This document shows, piece by piece, positions 1 to 11,800 of a stretch of DNA of 64,000 nucleotides. The stretch is from NCBI GenBank assembly GCA_951804945.1, contig OX638149.1, positions 100,068,001 through 100,132,000 of the forward strand, written 5' to 3'. Every line of letters starts with the position of its first letter. Positions within the stretch are counted from its first letter, which is position 1. The position numbers and the translations under genes were made by a program. The notes under the pieces were generated by a model. That model was not told where the DNA came from. It saw only the letters and a program-made list of their open reading frames with translations, and ran no database searches. The DNA is from Podarcis cretensis. Lineage: Eukaryota.

Positions 1-130
1 GATTAATTAAATCAACTTTCACTCTTCTTTGGTACTAAGTTATTATACACGAAATTGTCCAGATCTGATAAATCTGACAGGTGTAATCAGGGGTTGTTTA
101 AAGGCATTCAGTACCATTTCCCATTTCCGT

Positions 131-275
131 GTAATGAGCTCTTTTGAGTAAGAGCCACCTTCATCAGATGTGACTGGCGACATGGGCTCTGGCCATAAAT
201 ATATTCATGCCACAGTAAACCAGTTAATTGCTAAAAACACCGTGTTCTCATAGGTTGTTTTTTTTGTCACTATAA
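131..275. mobile_element. Degenerate Penelope-like terminal repeat relic (two inverted copies)
   Basis: Minus strand reads CATCTGATGAAGGTGGCTCTTACTCAAAAGAGCTCAT (decayed hammerhead-like core). The adjacent plus-strand part ...tgggctctggccata...atgccacagtaaaccagttaatt... resembles the element at 57929. Confidence 0.5.
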
Positions 276-819
276 GTTTCATTCTTTTGTCTTGGACCAA
301 AATCTTTGTTTCCAAGGCCATTACTATACTCTAAGAGCTCTATTAAGTCCCTAGGCAATAATGCTGTGATGTCTGCATAATTACGCTATCATAAATTTAA
401 TAAACTACAGATTGCTCATTTTCTGAACACATAAAGTGCAAATTGCAAAATGCATTTGTCCTTCCCTATGCTGAACACTTATAAGTACGTGGTCTTATTC
501 CGCTCCACCTTCAAAATTTAAAAGAGAGGATATATCTAGTTCATGTTTATGCTGTAGTTTGATTAAAGTTGGAATTGTTTATTTTTGTGTGTGTGCAGCA
601 TTTTTGAGATGTGGGGGATGTTCTTTTGGCTATTGTTGAGTCTTCAAATCATAGTGCCAGATTCTTCCACAATGGAATGACTAAAACAGAAAAATTGAAA
701 TGATAGCAATTGTAGATGTTTAAATATTTTGTGGTATTTCAAAGAGATACAGAGGTTTGTCCCATTCTTTAGCACCACAAATGAACCAGAAGCACACCTC
801 ATATCAACAAGGAGTTTGG

Positions 820-1077
820 ACTTCCGTGTATAGTGGGCCCAACTCTGTGGAATCCCCTCCCATCAGAAATCAGGCTGCTGAGTTTCAGGTATAGAAGGTT
901 TTATTTCAGTAGGCCTTTGCATTTTGAACATTCCTCTAATGTTTCTATTTTCTGATGTTTTAGCATATGTTTTGAACCTTGCACATTGTGTGGTTTTGTT
1001 GCTTCCCTTCTGTAAGTCATTTTGAGACATAGTGAAAAGTGGAGTGTGTGAATTCCTTAAATGAATGGATAAATACA
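820..1077 (+). mobile_element. Old L2 LINE 3' end
   Basis: gggcccaactctgtggaatcccctcccatcagaaatcagg encodes GPTLWNPLPSEIR (L2 C-terminal APxLWNxLP motif), followed by a T-rich UTR ending tgtaagtcattttgag...aaata. Confidence 0.6.
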
Positions 1078-1977
1078 AAACGTCTCATTTTCAATTTCTC
1101 ATAAGTAAAATAATCAGGTAGTAATATATGTCGTTCTAATGTTCCACACAAGTGCTGTCCTGGAGAGGGAGAGGACAGAGAATCAGACCTAAGAACAGGC
1201 TAGATGCTCAAAAGGTCACTGGCAAATCTCATCTGGTAAAGCAACCAGCTATGCTTTCAACATTTAATTTTCCCCAATATCATCAAAAAGGAAATTAAGC
1301 TAAAATAAATATAGATCCATACTTTTTTTTGAGGGTGGGGGAAGCAGTATGTTGAGATGCAATGCATTGTCGACAACTTTGTTATCTAGTCAGCAGACCA
1401 CTTGGCCTGTGGCACATTAAGAAGCTTCTAGTACATACTCCCTTTTCTTCCCTTTGTCTCCTTCTCCTTCCTCAATAAACAATCAGAGAAGTGTGAAGGC
1501 AGATTTCCAGGCAGTCCTTGGTATAATTCTTCTGTGCTGCTTTGCAATCTACTTTCGAATGTGGTGGGATAATAAATCCACAGTGTGTGTGCAAGCCCCT
1601 GGGTGAGCATATAACCCGCAAGAAGTAGTTTTCTGTTGTAAACCGATTACCTCTAAGCAGGCAAGAAAAGGAGGGTTAGTTATTCCCACAACTCCTAGCC
1701 ATAATGAGGTTGAAGGATGAGCTGTGGGATACATAATTTGCCGTGTTGTAATACTTTCAAAACTTGTTTGGGCCTGTAAGATAGTTCACTTGATATTTAG
1801 GATTGAAATAAAATCGTCCAGGTGCCAGATCAATGCTTTTGGGCTGCGGCATATACCCATGGCAGTGTCGGGGGCACTTCCCAGCCAAAGGAATGCACAC
1901 ACAGCTAACTCTTTATTGTCAAAACTGATACAGTAGTTTCTATGGCTCTGAATACTCACCTGGGCTAGCATCTAGGC

Positions 1978-2113
1978 CAGTGTTTCCCAACCTTGGGCCT
2001 CCAGCTGTTTTTGGACTACAACTCCCATCATCCCTAGCTAGCAAGACCACTGGTCAGGGATGATGGGAATTGTAGTTCAAAAACAGCTGGAGGCCCAAGG
2101 TTGGGAAACACTG
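1978..2113. mobile_element. Palindromic hAT (Charlie-like) MITE, 136 bp
   Basis: TIR CAGTGTTTCCCAACCTTGGGCCTCCAGCTG / CAGCTGGAGGCCCAAGGTTGGGAAACACTG. Perfect 8-bp TSD ATCTAGGC (1970-1977 and 2114-2121). Confidence 0.92.
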
Positions 2114-2486
2114 ATCTAGGCAACTATTCTCAGGTCTGCACTCTATGGAACAGTTGCAGCAACAGGGGGGCCACACTCCCCTCCATCAGTTTATGTACCC
2201 CCCCCCCACATGGGCTGTTTGCACACAGCTCCCTCTACCCATCTCTCTTCAATCTCCTCCTGCAGTGGTGTGGAAGCATCTAACCCTTCACTTGCCTGGC
2301 CTGTCTCTTTCTCATCTTTTGACCCTGTTCTGTGCTCCTACCTCCAGCTCTGAAGCTTCCCTTGCCTGTCACTCTTGCTTCCTGGCTGGTACAGTTCCCT
2401 ACAAATCACTGGCCCCCTCTCTTGATTCAGACTCTAGCCTCCCTTCTTCCAGTGCACACTAATCAGCATCTTGCCAGCCCCTGACA

Positions 2487-2712
2487 TGAGGCATCCAACT
2501 AACACATTCCATAAGTGCAAAGATTTGTGCTTGTGCAAAAAAATCACCGCTCTGCCCTCCACAATTCCTAAACCTGTTCTAGAGGTTATCCCAACCTTTT
2601 GGAGCAGTTTTGGGGAGGGTATGGGAGTGCACAGGAAGAGGAGAGGGGGAAATGTTCTGTTGCACGAGCACAAATCCTTGTGCTGACGTGATGTGTTAAT
2701 TAGACACTACCC
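2487..2712. mobile_element. Decayed palindromic MITE-like element
   Basis: Inverted repeats gatttgtgcttgtgcaa (2522-2538) / ttgcacgagcacaaatc (2660-2676), plus outer catccaactaacacat / atgtgttaattagaca. Confidence 0.6.
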
Positions 2713-3854
2713 ATAATCTCCACTGTGTATAGAGTCGCTTCATACGTGCAGTTAACTCAGGCAAATTCAGGTACAGTACTTGGCAAAAAAATGCTCTGCA
2801 ATAGGAAGCCTACTGCAGCAGTTCCTGCAAAGGCATCTAGGAATCTTTTGTTTTCCTTGTTTCTCCTTCCCTCTAACTAGCATCCCACCCTCCAATTTTA
2901 GGATTCACGCCCCCCCCCCAAGTGCTGGAAGGTCCAGCAGTTGCCCATAGAATATGGTGGTGATTAGGTCAGCCTTTAGGCATCCCTGCAGGGCTTTCCC
3001 CCAGCTTGCCAAGTGGTAGCCACTGCCTGTCATGGCCCCACCAGCTCCCGAGCCGTCTCCCGGTCCACCAGTTCACCTAGCTCTTGCTTGCTGGCCTCAG
3101 GAAGCCGCAGTGACTGAGGGAGGAATAGGTGAAGGCATGGCCTCTGTGTAAACAAACAGTTGGTGCCCTCAGGATAGACAGGGAAGTGAGAGTGAACCAA
3201 AAGACTCCTTATAGCCCAGGGTCCCCTCCCCAACCACAGGGCATTCATAAGTGGAGTGTACTTTGATGAATTTTCAAGCATACTGTGATTTTTACTATTT
3301 GTGTTTTTCGCTTTATTCGCTGAATTTAGAACCTACTCCCCACGTAAAAGCTGATTCTGCTGCACTCTGTGGATGTTAATATAGGAAAAGAAATCCAACT
3401 AAAGTAAGAAAATGGAGACTGTCAGCTATTTACAGCTGGGTAGTTACTGAATTTTTCTAATAATGATGCAGGCTCTTCGTAAAACTGCTTTTGTTTCTGT
3501 TTTAACTAACTGAGTAAATTAACTCCCAGGCACTCATTTTGACTCAGAACACCATGTGCCCATGGATCTCCTCAGTGTGGAGGCTTCCTCATATGTTTCA
3601 AATGGAGACGGGAGCTCTACTGCTTGGTTATGTGATTACAGGCATTTCATAGCTCCGGTAAAAATTATATGTCCCATGCCAAATGCTCAGGGCAAGTTTC
3701 TTGACCTTTTCATTCACTTAAAAAGCTCTCCAGCATTTTGAAATTATTTATACCCTCTTTAGGCTCTTCAGCTGGGTTTAATTCTTGCCGAGCAAATGTT
3801 GCAATTGCAGCTAACACAATTCATTCAATTCTCTGATTGTATCAATATGCAATA

Positions 3855-4098
3855 CAGTGGTACCTTGGGTTACATACGCTTCAGGTTACATACGCTTCAG
3901 CTTAACAGACTCCGCGAACCCAGAAATAGTGCTTCAGGTTAAGAACTTTGCTTCAGGATAAGAACAGAAATCGTGCTCCGGCGCTGTGGCGGTAGCAGGA
4001 GGCCCCATTAGCTAAAGTGGTGCTTCAGGGTTAAGAACAGTTTCAGGTTAAGAACAGACCTCCGGAATGAATTAAGTACTTAACCCGAGGTACCACTG
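3855..4098 (+). mobile_element. Tc1/mariner (pogo/Tigger-like) MITE, copy 1
   Basis: TA|CAGTGGTACCTTGGGTTA...TAACCCGAGGTACCACTG|TA, with internal CAGGTTAAGAAC repeats. Near-identical to 37586-37826. Confidence 0.9.
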
Positions 4099-4937
4099 TA
4101 TACTTGTACCCTTCCTTCTCTGCAAGGAGTGTTTCATCTTATTATTCTACTGTCTCCAGAAACACTTTTTTTTGGGGGGGTGAGTAAATAGAGAGAATAA
4201 TGGTTTTAAATTTGCTTTTTCTTTTGGCACATGACCAGTGGTTATATTGATGGAGTCAATGATTAAAAATACAGTTATAATGAACACAGCTAAAGCTATT
4301 TTTTCTGCTTTGTTTTATTTCAGTATGGAAGAGCAGAAAAATAATAATATAAACCCAAACAAGTTTTGAAAATATAACAGCAGTGTACATTTCTGAAAAT
4401 ACAGAAATGATTTTTTAGAAGTACATTTATCATTGTATTTCTTTTAATTTGCACTCCTGCTGTACTATAAATGTAATAACCATCAAAATGAAAAATGCAA
4501 CAGATTGATAATACCATTGAGTTTTAATTAAAGCACTGAATTGAAAAAGGCCCAGATGGATAACAGGATAATGTAGTTATAACCCTGTTATGAAAAATGC
4601 TGGGCTGCCAGTTATAGCATCTTATAAATAAAATGTATGCCAAAATAACATATTTTTTTTAGAAGACTACCCAAAAATTAATCATTTAAGTCTGCAAAAC
4701 AGATGGTTTCTCTGTTTTATTTGGTTTGTCTGAAAGGCACAGATCTCTTTAAATCAGTAAATGTTCCTTTCCTCCCAATTGCCCAGATCCCTCTCCAGCT
4801 ACTCCATCCAGTTCTGTCACTACTGGTTCACAGTTGTAAAATCTCTGAAACATTAAACTCTGAAAGGTCAGTAGGTGTTTGTATTTGACTATTTAGCATA
4901 CTGAAATACTAATGGAGTTTAAAACAGAAAGCCACTA

Positions 4938-5026
4938 CTGCAACCATATGTCTTGTCTACTTAGAGGTATGCCCAATTGATTTCAGTGGGATCTACTCTC
5001 CAGTGGGTGTGCATAGCATTGCAGCC
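4938..5026. repeat. Short palindromic MITE family (GGCTGCAATCC...GGATTGCAGCC type); other decayed copies near 7941-8022, 43880-43971 and 55090-55163
   Basis: ctgcaaccatatg...cccaattgatttcagtggg...catagcattgcagcc. The same architecture recurs at the listed positions. Confidence 0.6.
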
Positions 5027-5178
5027 TGAATATCTCATGATGGCTATAAAACCTGTGTCTCCATTACAGGTGGCATTATGCTCTGTTCAACTATTGCTAT
5101 CTGTGACATTGCTGTCACTAACTATAATAAAGGAAGTCACCATCCACATCTGAAAATCACTCAGCGATGAAAGCCATA

Positions 5179-5842
5179 TGCCATTGCTGTGTTGTGTGTG
5201 TTTTGACAGCTCCATAGGTTGTGCCCGTCATTTTAAATGAAACTCAGTAAGCTACACTTAGTATAAAAGTCCAGAGCTGACCACTACACCTGGGCATAAG
5301 ACCTCATTAACTCAGGTTCCTGGCTCTGCAGCTGATCCAGGGGTCAAGGCACCTGAAGGTCTTTCTCACACAAACACAGTCCCAAAGAGCTCTCTAGAAC
5401 ACCTGAGCTGTGTTTCAACTAACGTGGGCAGTTGAATAAGCACAGCACCTCAGCTCTGCTTTCCCTTGCCTGCTGATTGCAACCTCCAGGCTTGATGAGG
5501 CATGTGACCCTCACCTGCTCCAAGCCTACTCCAGCTGAGGAACCACACATCTCCTCCTAGAGCTAACGAGCCCAACCTGGCCAGCTGTGGACTCTTGCCT
5601 TCCTCAGCCTCCCAGAGTGCCACTCCCTTACACCTCAGAGCCCTTTGTGTTTGAGGAGACAGGGGCCTCTCTGGCTATGGTGATGGGTCCTGCTGTTCTG
5701 GTTCCTGTGCACTGACTACCATCCTCTGTTGTCCCGTGAGTATTTTCTGCATCAACCTCTCTTCAGTCCCCAGCCTGCCTTTTTGTCCCAGTCATGGCTA
5801 CACCCCTCTTCCTCCTCCCCATTGTCCTGCCAGTTCATGACA
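5179..5842. mobile_element. Probable solo LTR (Gypsy-like), about 664 bp
   Basis: TGCCAT...ATGACA termini (imperfect TG..CA inverted ends) flanked by 4-bp direct repeat CATA (5175-5178 and 5843-5846). Interior is more GC-rich than the flanks. Orientation unresolved. Confidence 0.55.
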
Positions 5843-8599
5843 CATATAATCTAGCTAGTCTTGTTTAAATGGTAATGAGCTTCTTTGAAACCCTAGTCTG
5901 AATTTTGAAGATTCTCTATGCCTTGCCTAGTCTAACTTTCTGTTTTCCTCATGCACTGAGAATGTCATGAATGGGAAGCTATTATTTTACCAGCAAGGGG
6001 TCAACATGGAGCATGATTATTCAAAGTCACTTGCCTTCCAAGGCATGAGGTTAGGATGATGAGGATTGAATTGTAGTTTATAAATGTGGAGCATGTCTTA
6101 CTTTCCCAAGTTTTATTTTAAGATAGAAGCTTAAATTTCATTGTAAAAAACAGAAAAAGGTGAAGACTGATAATTTCAGAACTGAAGGGTGCACATTCCT
6201 GATGAAATACAATTTGAAAATAAATGTCTAATAATACATTAGAAGGAAGGAAACTTGCAGAAACTCTTATTTGAACTTAGTAAGAGTATATTTGAGAAAG
6301 GGCTTCCACAAATTGCATGACAATTGATATGAACACTTGCAAAAACTGGTGATCAAGAATTGTCACCTAGAATTGTTAGCTAGCTGCTTGTAAATTCATT
6401 AACTTGTATTTTGCAACGCTGGCACTTATTTGTATTGAACGCTTTTATAATCACCACACTATTATTGGCTAAAATATACAACAACTATAAAAATTCATAG
6501 AATGAGAGACACACCATTATCAAGACTTTTATTTAGGTACAGCGGCTAATGGAGTGTGCAGAATAATAGAACAGGCTTTCATTTGCTAGTAGGCATCAAA
6601 TTTGTTGCTTACGTTATTTCAAATTTGAACATGGGTAACTTCACATCTTTATAACTGCATAAACAAATTATTCCAATTGTGCCAGGAAGTTTGCAAGTAC
6701 CTGTCTGTGTGGCAAAGCTTAAGCAATTTTTTATAGCTTATTCCAGAGATTTCTGATTTAAAAAAGAATAATCTTCAAAGCTAGTAGAAATACTAGTTCT
6801 TTTCTATAGCTCACATTGAGTAATGCGCAGCAGCACATCTGGTCTTGCTACCAATTTTTCTTTCAGCAGGACCCCTATTCAGAAATTAAATAGCAGCATG
6901 AATGTGGGGGCCTGCCCTTCTAGATGCCAATGTGTGCTCTGACTGTACCCTCTGGCCAATATCTTGTCAGTCTCAGTGTGAAGAGGCCATATGTACTCAC
7001 ATAGGGATCCCTGCAGGGGTGAGAATGCCTAGCCAGCTTATCCTTGCCAGCTCATTCATGCATTTAGTACCCTCAAAAAGCCACTAGTTCCATCCTTCTA
7101 AAGGACATACATATATGTTTCCAAACTCCCACCTGGCAGTTTCAGAACAATTCCATCTTCATGTGCCAGGTATGACTGCAGGTACAGTAATGTAACATGG
7201 ATGTTTCCTGTAGGCAGCACACAGTATAGGTGACGTGCATCTATACTATGCAGGTGTTTAAAGATGCAAGTGTGTGAGCCATACTTTGATTTTGATAGGG
7301 AGAACATAACTGAAATGCTAATGAATCTGTGGCAATTGTGTCTGCAGAGCTGGCATCGCAGGGTCTGTTTTTTTTTTGGGGGGGGGCATATATTTACAAT
7401 AACAATCAATGTAGTCCTAAAATTGTGTTCTTACCTGAAGAGGCCCTCAAGTTAACTTCATAAGACACACTCTTGGAGGTAGACGGGAAGCTCTAGAAAG
7501 GGCTCGTAGCAGTTTTGAGAACCATTAGAAGGAAAATTTTAGACGTTGAAAGGAAATATTTCAGGCACTTTATTCTTCCTGCATACAGATTAGTACAAAT
7601 GAGATGGGCTGGTGTTGGATGGAGTTGTCCAAGTAAATTATAGCCTCCCTGCAAAAGGGAGAGGATTATCTAGCTGCTATATTTTACATGCTGATTCCTA
7701 TTTCAGTCCCTTTCTGTGTGTGCTTTAAAAGGACAGCTTAATCCTGATTAATCATTTGGAATACTCTTTTTTTTTTTAAAAAAAAATAGTCTATCTAGTT
7801 AAATATTTGGAATAGCCCAAATATTCTTGTCTGCAGTTTGACTTCAGCTGACTAATTTTCTCCATCATAGCATGGGGAAGTCATCAATTTTATATTGTCT
7901 ACAGTATAAATCAATGTTAGTGTGTAGCATGCTGTGGTAAGGCTGAGATCCCCTACTGGGATTGAGCCCCAGTAAACTCAATGGGACTTACTGCTGAGTA
8001 GGCATGTAGAGGATTACATTGCTAACTTCAGTTGAAACTTGGAGCCACCAACTTGTGAATAATTACACTATATTTTAAGTTGTGACTTTACATGGATTGT
8101 GGACAACGTTTGCTTTCTTTTTTTAAAAAAAATGTATTGAGCTGTGCATTCAATGAAGTTGTCCTTTCCACTCAAGGACTTCCATTTGGATTATGCAACT
8201 TCCCTTTCCCCTCCTCCTCTTATGCACCCTCCAAATCTGTTCTGCTGTTGTTTGGGGGGTGGGGGTGGGCACACCCTTGCACGAATGGGACACCTTTGTT
8301 GGATGTAATCAGTTGATCCCTCTGTGGCTGTTACTACTGAACTGCAGTCAAGAAAGTGTCGCTAGCAATACATTAATTTTACAGAACTTTTAAAAAGAAA
8401 GCAAACTTTGCTCAAGTTACAGTTTAAACTGACTTTGCTCAGTTAACACAAACCCATCGTTCCATTGCAGGGCTGTAAACAAGGAGTGATACACTTTGTA
8501 AAAAAAATATTGTTGCAGGTCTAGGTGCCTGACCATCCTGGCTGAACACTACCTACAGTCCCTGTATTGTGACTTGCCAGGTGCTTGATAACCCTCTTG

Positions 8600-8845
8600 A
8601 GAACCATCTATGGAATACTTTTTCCAGGGAGGCCCATTGGATGCCAACTTTTGTCATTGTTTTGATACCATACAAAAACGTTTTTCATTTTGGGAAGCAC
8701 TTAGGGAGCATCACTGATTAGTTGTTATTACTCTACTCCGATTATGTTTTAAATATGTTTTTTATATACTGCATCACTGCATTTTATCCTTGTGCATCGC
8801 CTTGGGACTTTCCGCTCTGTGAAGGGATTCATAAACTGATAAACT
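8600..8845 (+). mobile_element. Old L2 3' end relic
   Basis: ctatggaatactttttccagggaggcc (LWNxxPREA-like), T-rich UTR, terminal tgtgcatcgccttggga...ataaa. Confidence 0.45.
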
Positions 8846-11800
8846 GAAAAGCTGCCAAAAACAGTTGGTTTGACTTTGTATCTCTCCCATGTCCCGCAGC
8901 TTTGAGCCTTGGGGGCGGTTTTGATTTTGATCTGTTAATGTGGGGGGTGGCCACACTCCTTCTGTCAGCTGTCAGGTTCCCTTGATCACAGTGTGTGTCT
9001 GGACAAAAGCAAGAGCAAATTAAAATCATTACATTTCTAGCCTGCATGCATGTATACACACCTGCAGAATTTTCCTAGCATTCAGGGGTCCCTCTTCTAC
9101 ACCTGTTAAATTTCTTGGCCCATCCTAGAGCTGCGTTTGAAATATTCCAGAATCGGTCCCATACCGCACCGCAGTTGTTCCTATTGACCTCAAGGGATCA
9201 CAACAGCAATACATACCTGCAGTTGTTTGTAGGTCACAAGTTTAGGGTGAGTTGGGAAAGGTTTAGAGAACTGAGGTCTGTGGAACCGCAGAAGAGAACA
9301 GATATAGCATAGTGTTTAAGAGTAAGAGCTGCAAGTCTCCATTTTGAACCTCAGCTTAGCCATGATCTTATTCATTAAGGTCCTCAGGAAAGTCAGTATT
9401 TATAAGCTACATATTGTAATATGACCATTTGTGATGGGTGAGCTCCTTTGGCTCATGTTGGATTGGCTCCAAATCTCATACCCTTACCCCCAAATCTCCA
9501 ATCCTCTCTTTTCTACCTACTGCCTTACTTTACTAGGGTGCTCTGATGGAATCATTAATAATCTCAAACTGTAGGGAGCAGAAGGAAATCTGTCTCCTTA
9601 TCTCTCTCAAACCTGACACCCTACATAACTGGTCAGTCCTCAAATTCCAGTGTCTATATTCCTTGCAAAAGCTACATTTCCCAGGAGTTATGGGCAGCCT
9701 AGTACACTAGTATATGGTGCACTAGATATGGGAAGGGGGGAAGAGATCTTCATCTCCTCTCTTTGTTGCTTTCCCAGGCAACCAGAGTATGAATGATAGG
9801 TAGAATTGAATGGAACTGAGGATGTTGTTTGGCCAGTGAGATGGGTATTGCAAATCTGGCTCAGATTAAAATCCTACCCCGGGAAGAATTTGAGGGCTGA
9901 AATACTCACTTTGTAGTGGAGGAGAATGTTTCAGGTTCTTGAAACTTAACTCATTCCAAGCCTGGAAGTACGAGTTTGATGGCATCACTTGTGAGACTAA
10001 TGACATTGGTTTACTTTCCAGGATTACTATACGTGAAGTGCCGTGAGCATCTGTGGGAGGTGAAATTATAAATACTAGCATTATGGAATTAACTCTCTCT
10101 AAAAAATTCAGTCAACTTTCTTAAGTTCAGGAATGCACAAATGCAGAAATGTTTAACTTTTTCTAAAAGCAACATATTGAAAATAGTGGAAAATGAGAGA
10201 TGTTTTATGTCTGGCATGTTTTGATCACTACCTAATGTGGCGAATACTTTGCATTGGCATCCCATCTGTATCAAACAGTTGTAAATAATGACCCATCTGC
10301 TTGAAAATGGTGATTTCGTTAGCACATTCATGAATTCGGTGCTTTGCATAATTATGTTTATTAAAGAAATGCACCTGAGTTTCCATTTTTAAACTGTTTT
10401 TCTGAACTTCAACATTTCAGTGAGTCTATGTTTATAGGAGTGGTTTGCAGAAAAAACACACACACACCAAAGTCCTGTTTAGGCTGTGTGTGCTGCTTTT
10501 TGTTTTGCTTAGCTTGAGTCATTTTTCAAAATAATATTTGGGAGTGACAGTGGCTGTATAGAATCATGAAGACCTAATTGTGTTTCCATCTCATGTAAAT
10601 GATTTTAAATAAAAAAACACCCAATTTATTTTAAAGGCAACCATTCTTGAGTTGAAATCAAAGGCTGAAAAGTCCACCTCTTGGGAATGTCACATCTTGA
10701 GAGTTGGGCAAAATAAATGTCAGGGATGATTAACTTAAAATCATCATTTCTTTGCAGTTTAATTTAGTAGTTGTTCACAAACCTCTATTAAATATGACTG
10801 AACAGTCAGATGTATAGGGGGAGAAAACACTAGCACAGGATCAGAGAGAGAGAGAAGCAATCTATACAACTCAGTAGTTTTATGGCAAGCCATAAATCAT
10901 CACTAAAGCCCTCTCCCTCCTCCTGTATATGTGTATCTTTCACGTCTCGGGTTTGTTCATTTCCCTCTCATTTATCTTATCTGCTTGTGTCTTTTTTTGT
11001 CTGTTTCTTTTAAAAAAAGAAGTCTAGAAAAATTGTGACTTCTTAGCATTCCTTCCTACTGTCCCTCATGCCCATAAACAGCTGAGTTTGATTTGACATT
11101 TAGTGCTGTGTTGGATCAAAAGGAAAGTCCTGTTAGAAATGTGCTCCCCCACCCTTCTTCCCCCTTTCACCCCCCCCAGTGGCTCCCAAACTCTCTCCAG
11201 CAGTCTGTAGGTCACTGCTGAATGGGGTGGGCTCTGGCATGGAGCAATCCCAAGTATACGAAGCCTGCGCAATTTATGCCAGCTTAATTTCCAACATCAT
11301 AAATTAGCCCTGTTCCAAACTCCTTTCAGGAGGAGGGTTCCTGCTAGCTTAGCCAGCCTAAGTGCAGCAGAGGGAAAACAAGCTGTTAAAACAGCAATTG
11401 GTTTACCCTTTTTGCTGGTGTGAGTTCTGCCACGTTGCTGCCTGCCCCTTCCGCTCCCCTAGAACACCCATTTTTCAGAGCTTACGCCAGCGTAAGATCC
11501 AGTGGACTCAGCTCAGCTGGCTAAATCCAGGCTAAGCCCAGGGGAGGGAGTTACACTGGCATTTCTCTGGCTGAGCTGGGATGTGGGATTTTTTTGTTTT
11601 GTTTTTTTCAAGCAGCCTGCTGAACCAGAGAGCTGCTGGGTCTTAATTTGCTCATCCCAAATTAAGTGGACCTTGGATTTGGATTGCTTCCTCAGACTGC
11701 AAGGTGTAAGCAGAGATCAATAGTTGCTTCTGAGAGCAATTTTTAAAATATTATGTAAAGAAATCTGTTTGCTGGAGGTGATTTTGACTCCCGTCATGGG

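Noticed and set aside
1978-2113. CRISPR array, terminator or other prokaryotic system
   Set aside because: No repeat-spacer periodicity or operon-like ORFs anywhere in the window; the hairpins are explained as TSD-flanked MITEs in vertebrate DNA.
6196-6230. Other CTGANGA words as hammerheads (about 6198, 56161, 57021)
   Set aside because: No paired stem II followed by GAAA and a UH site.
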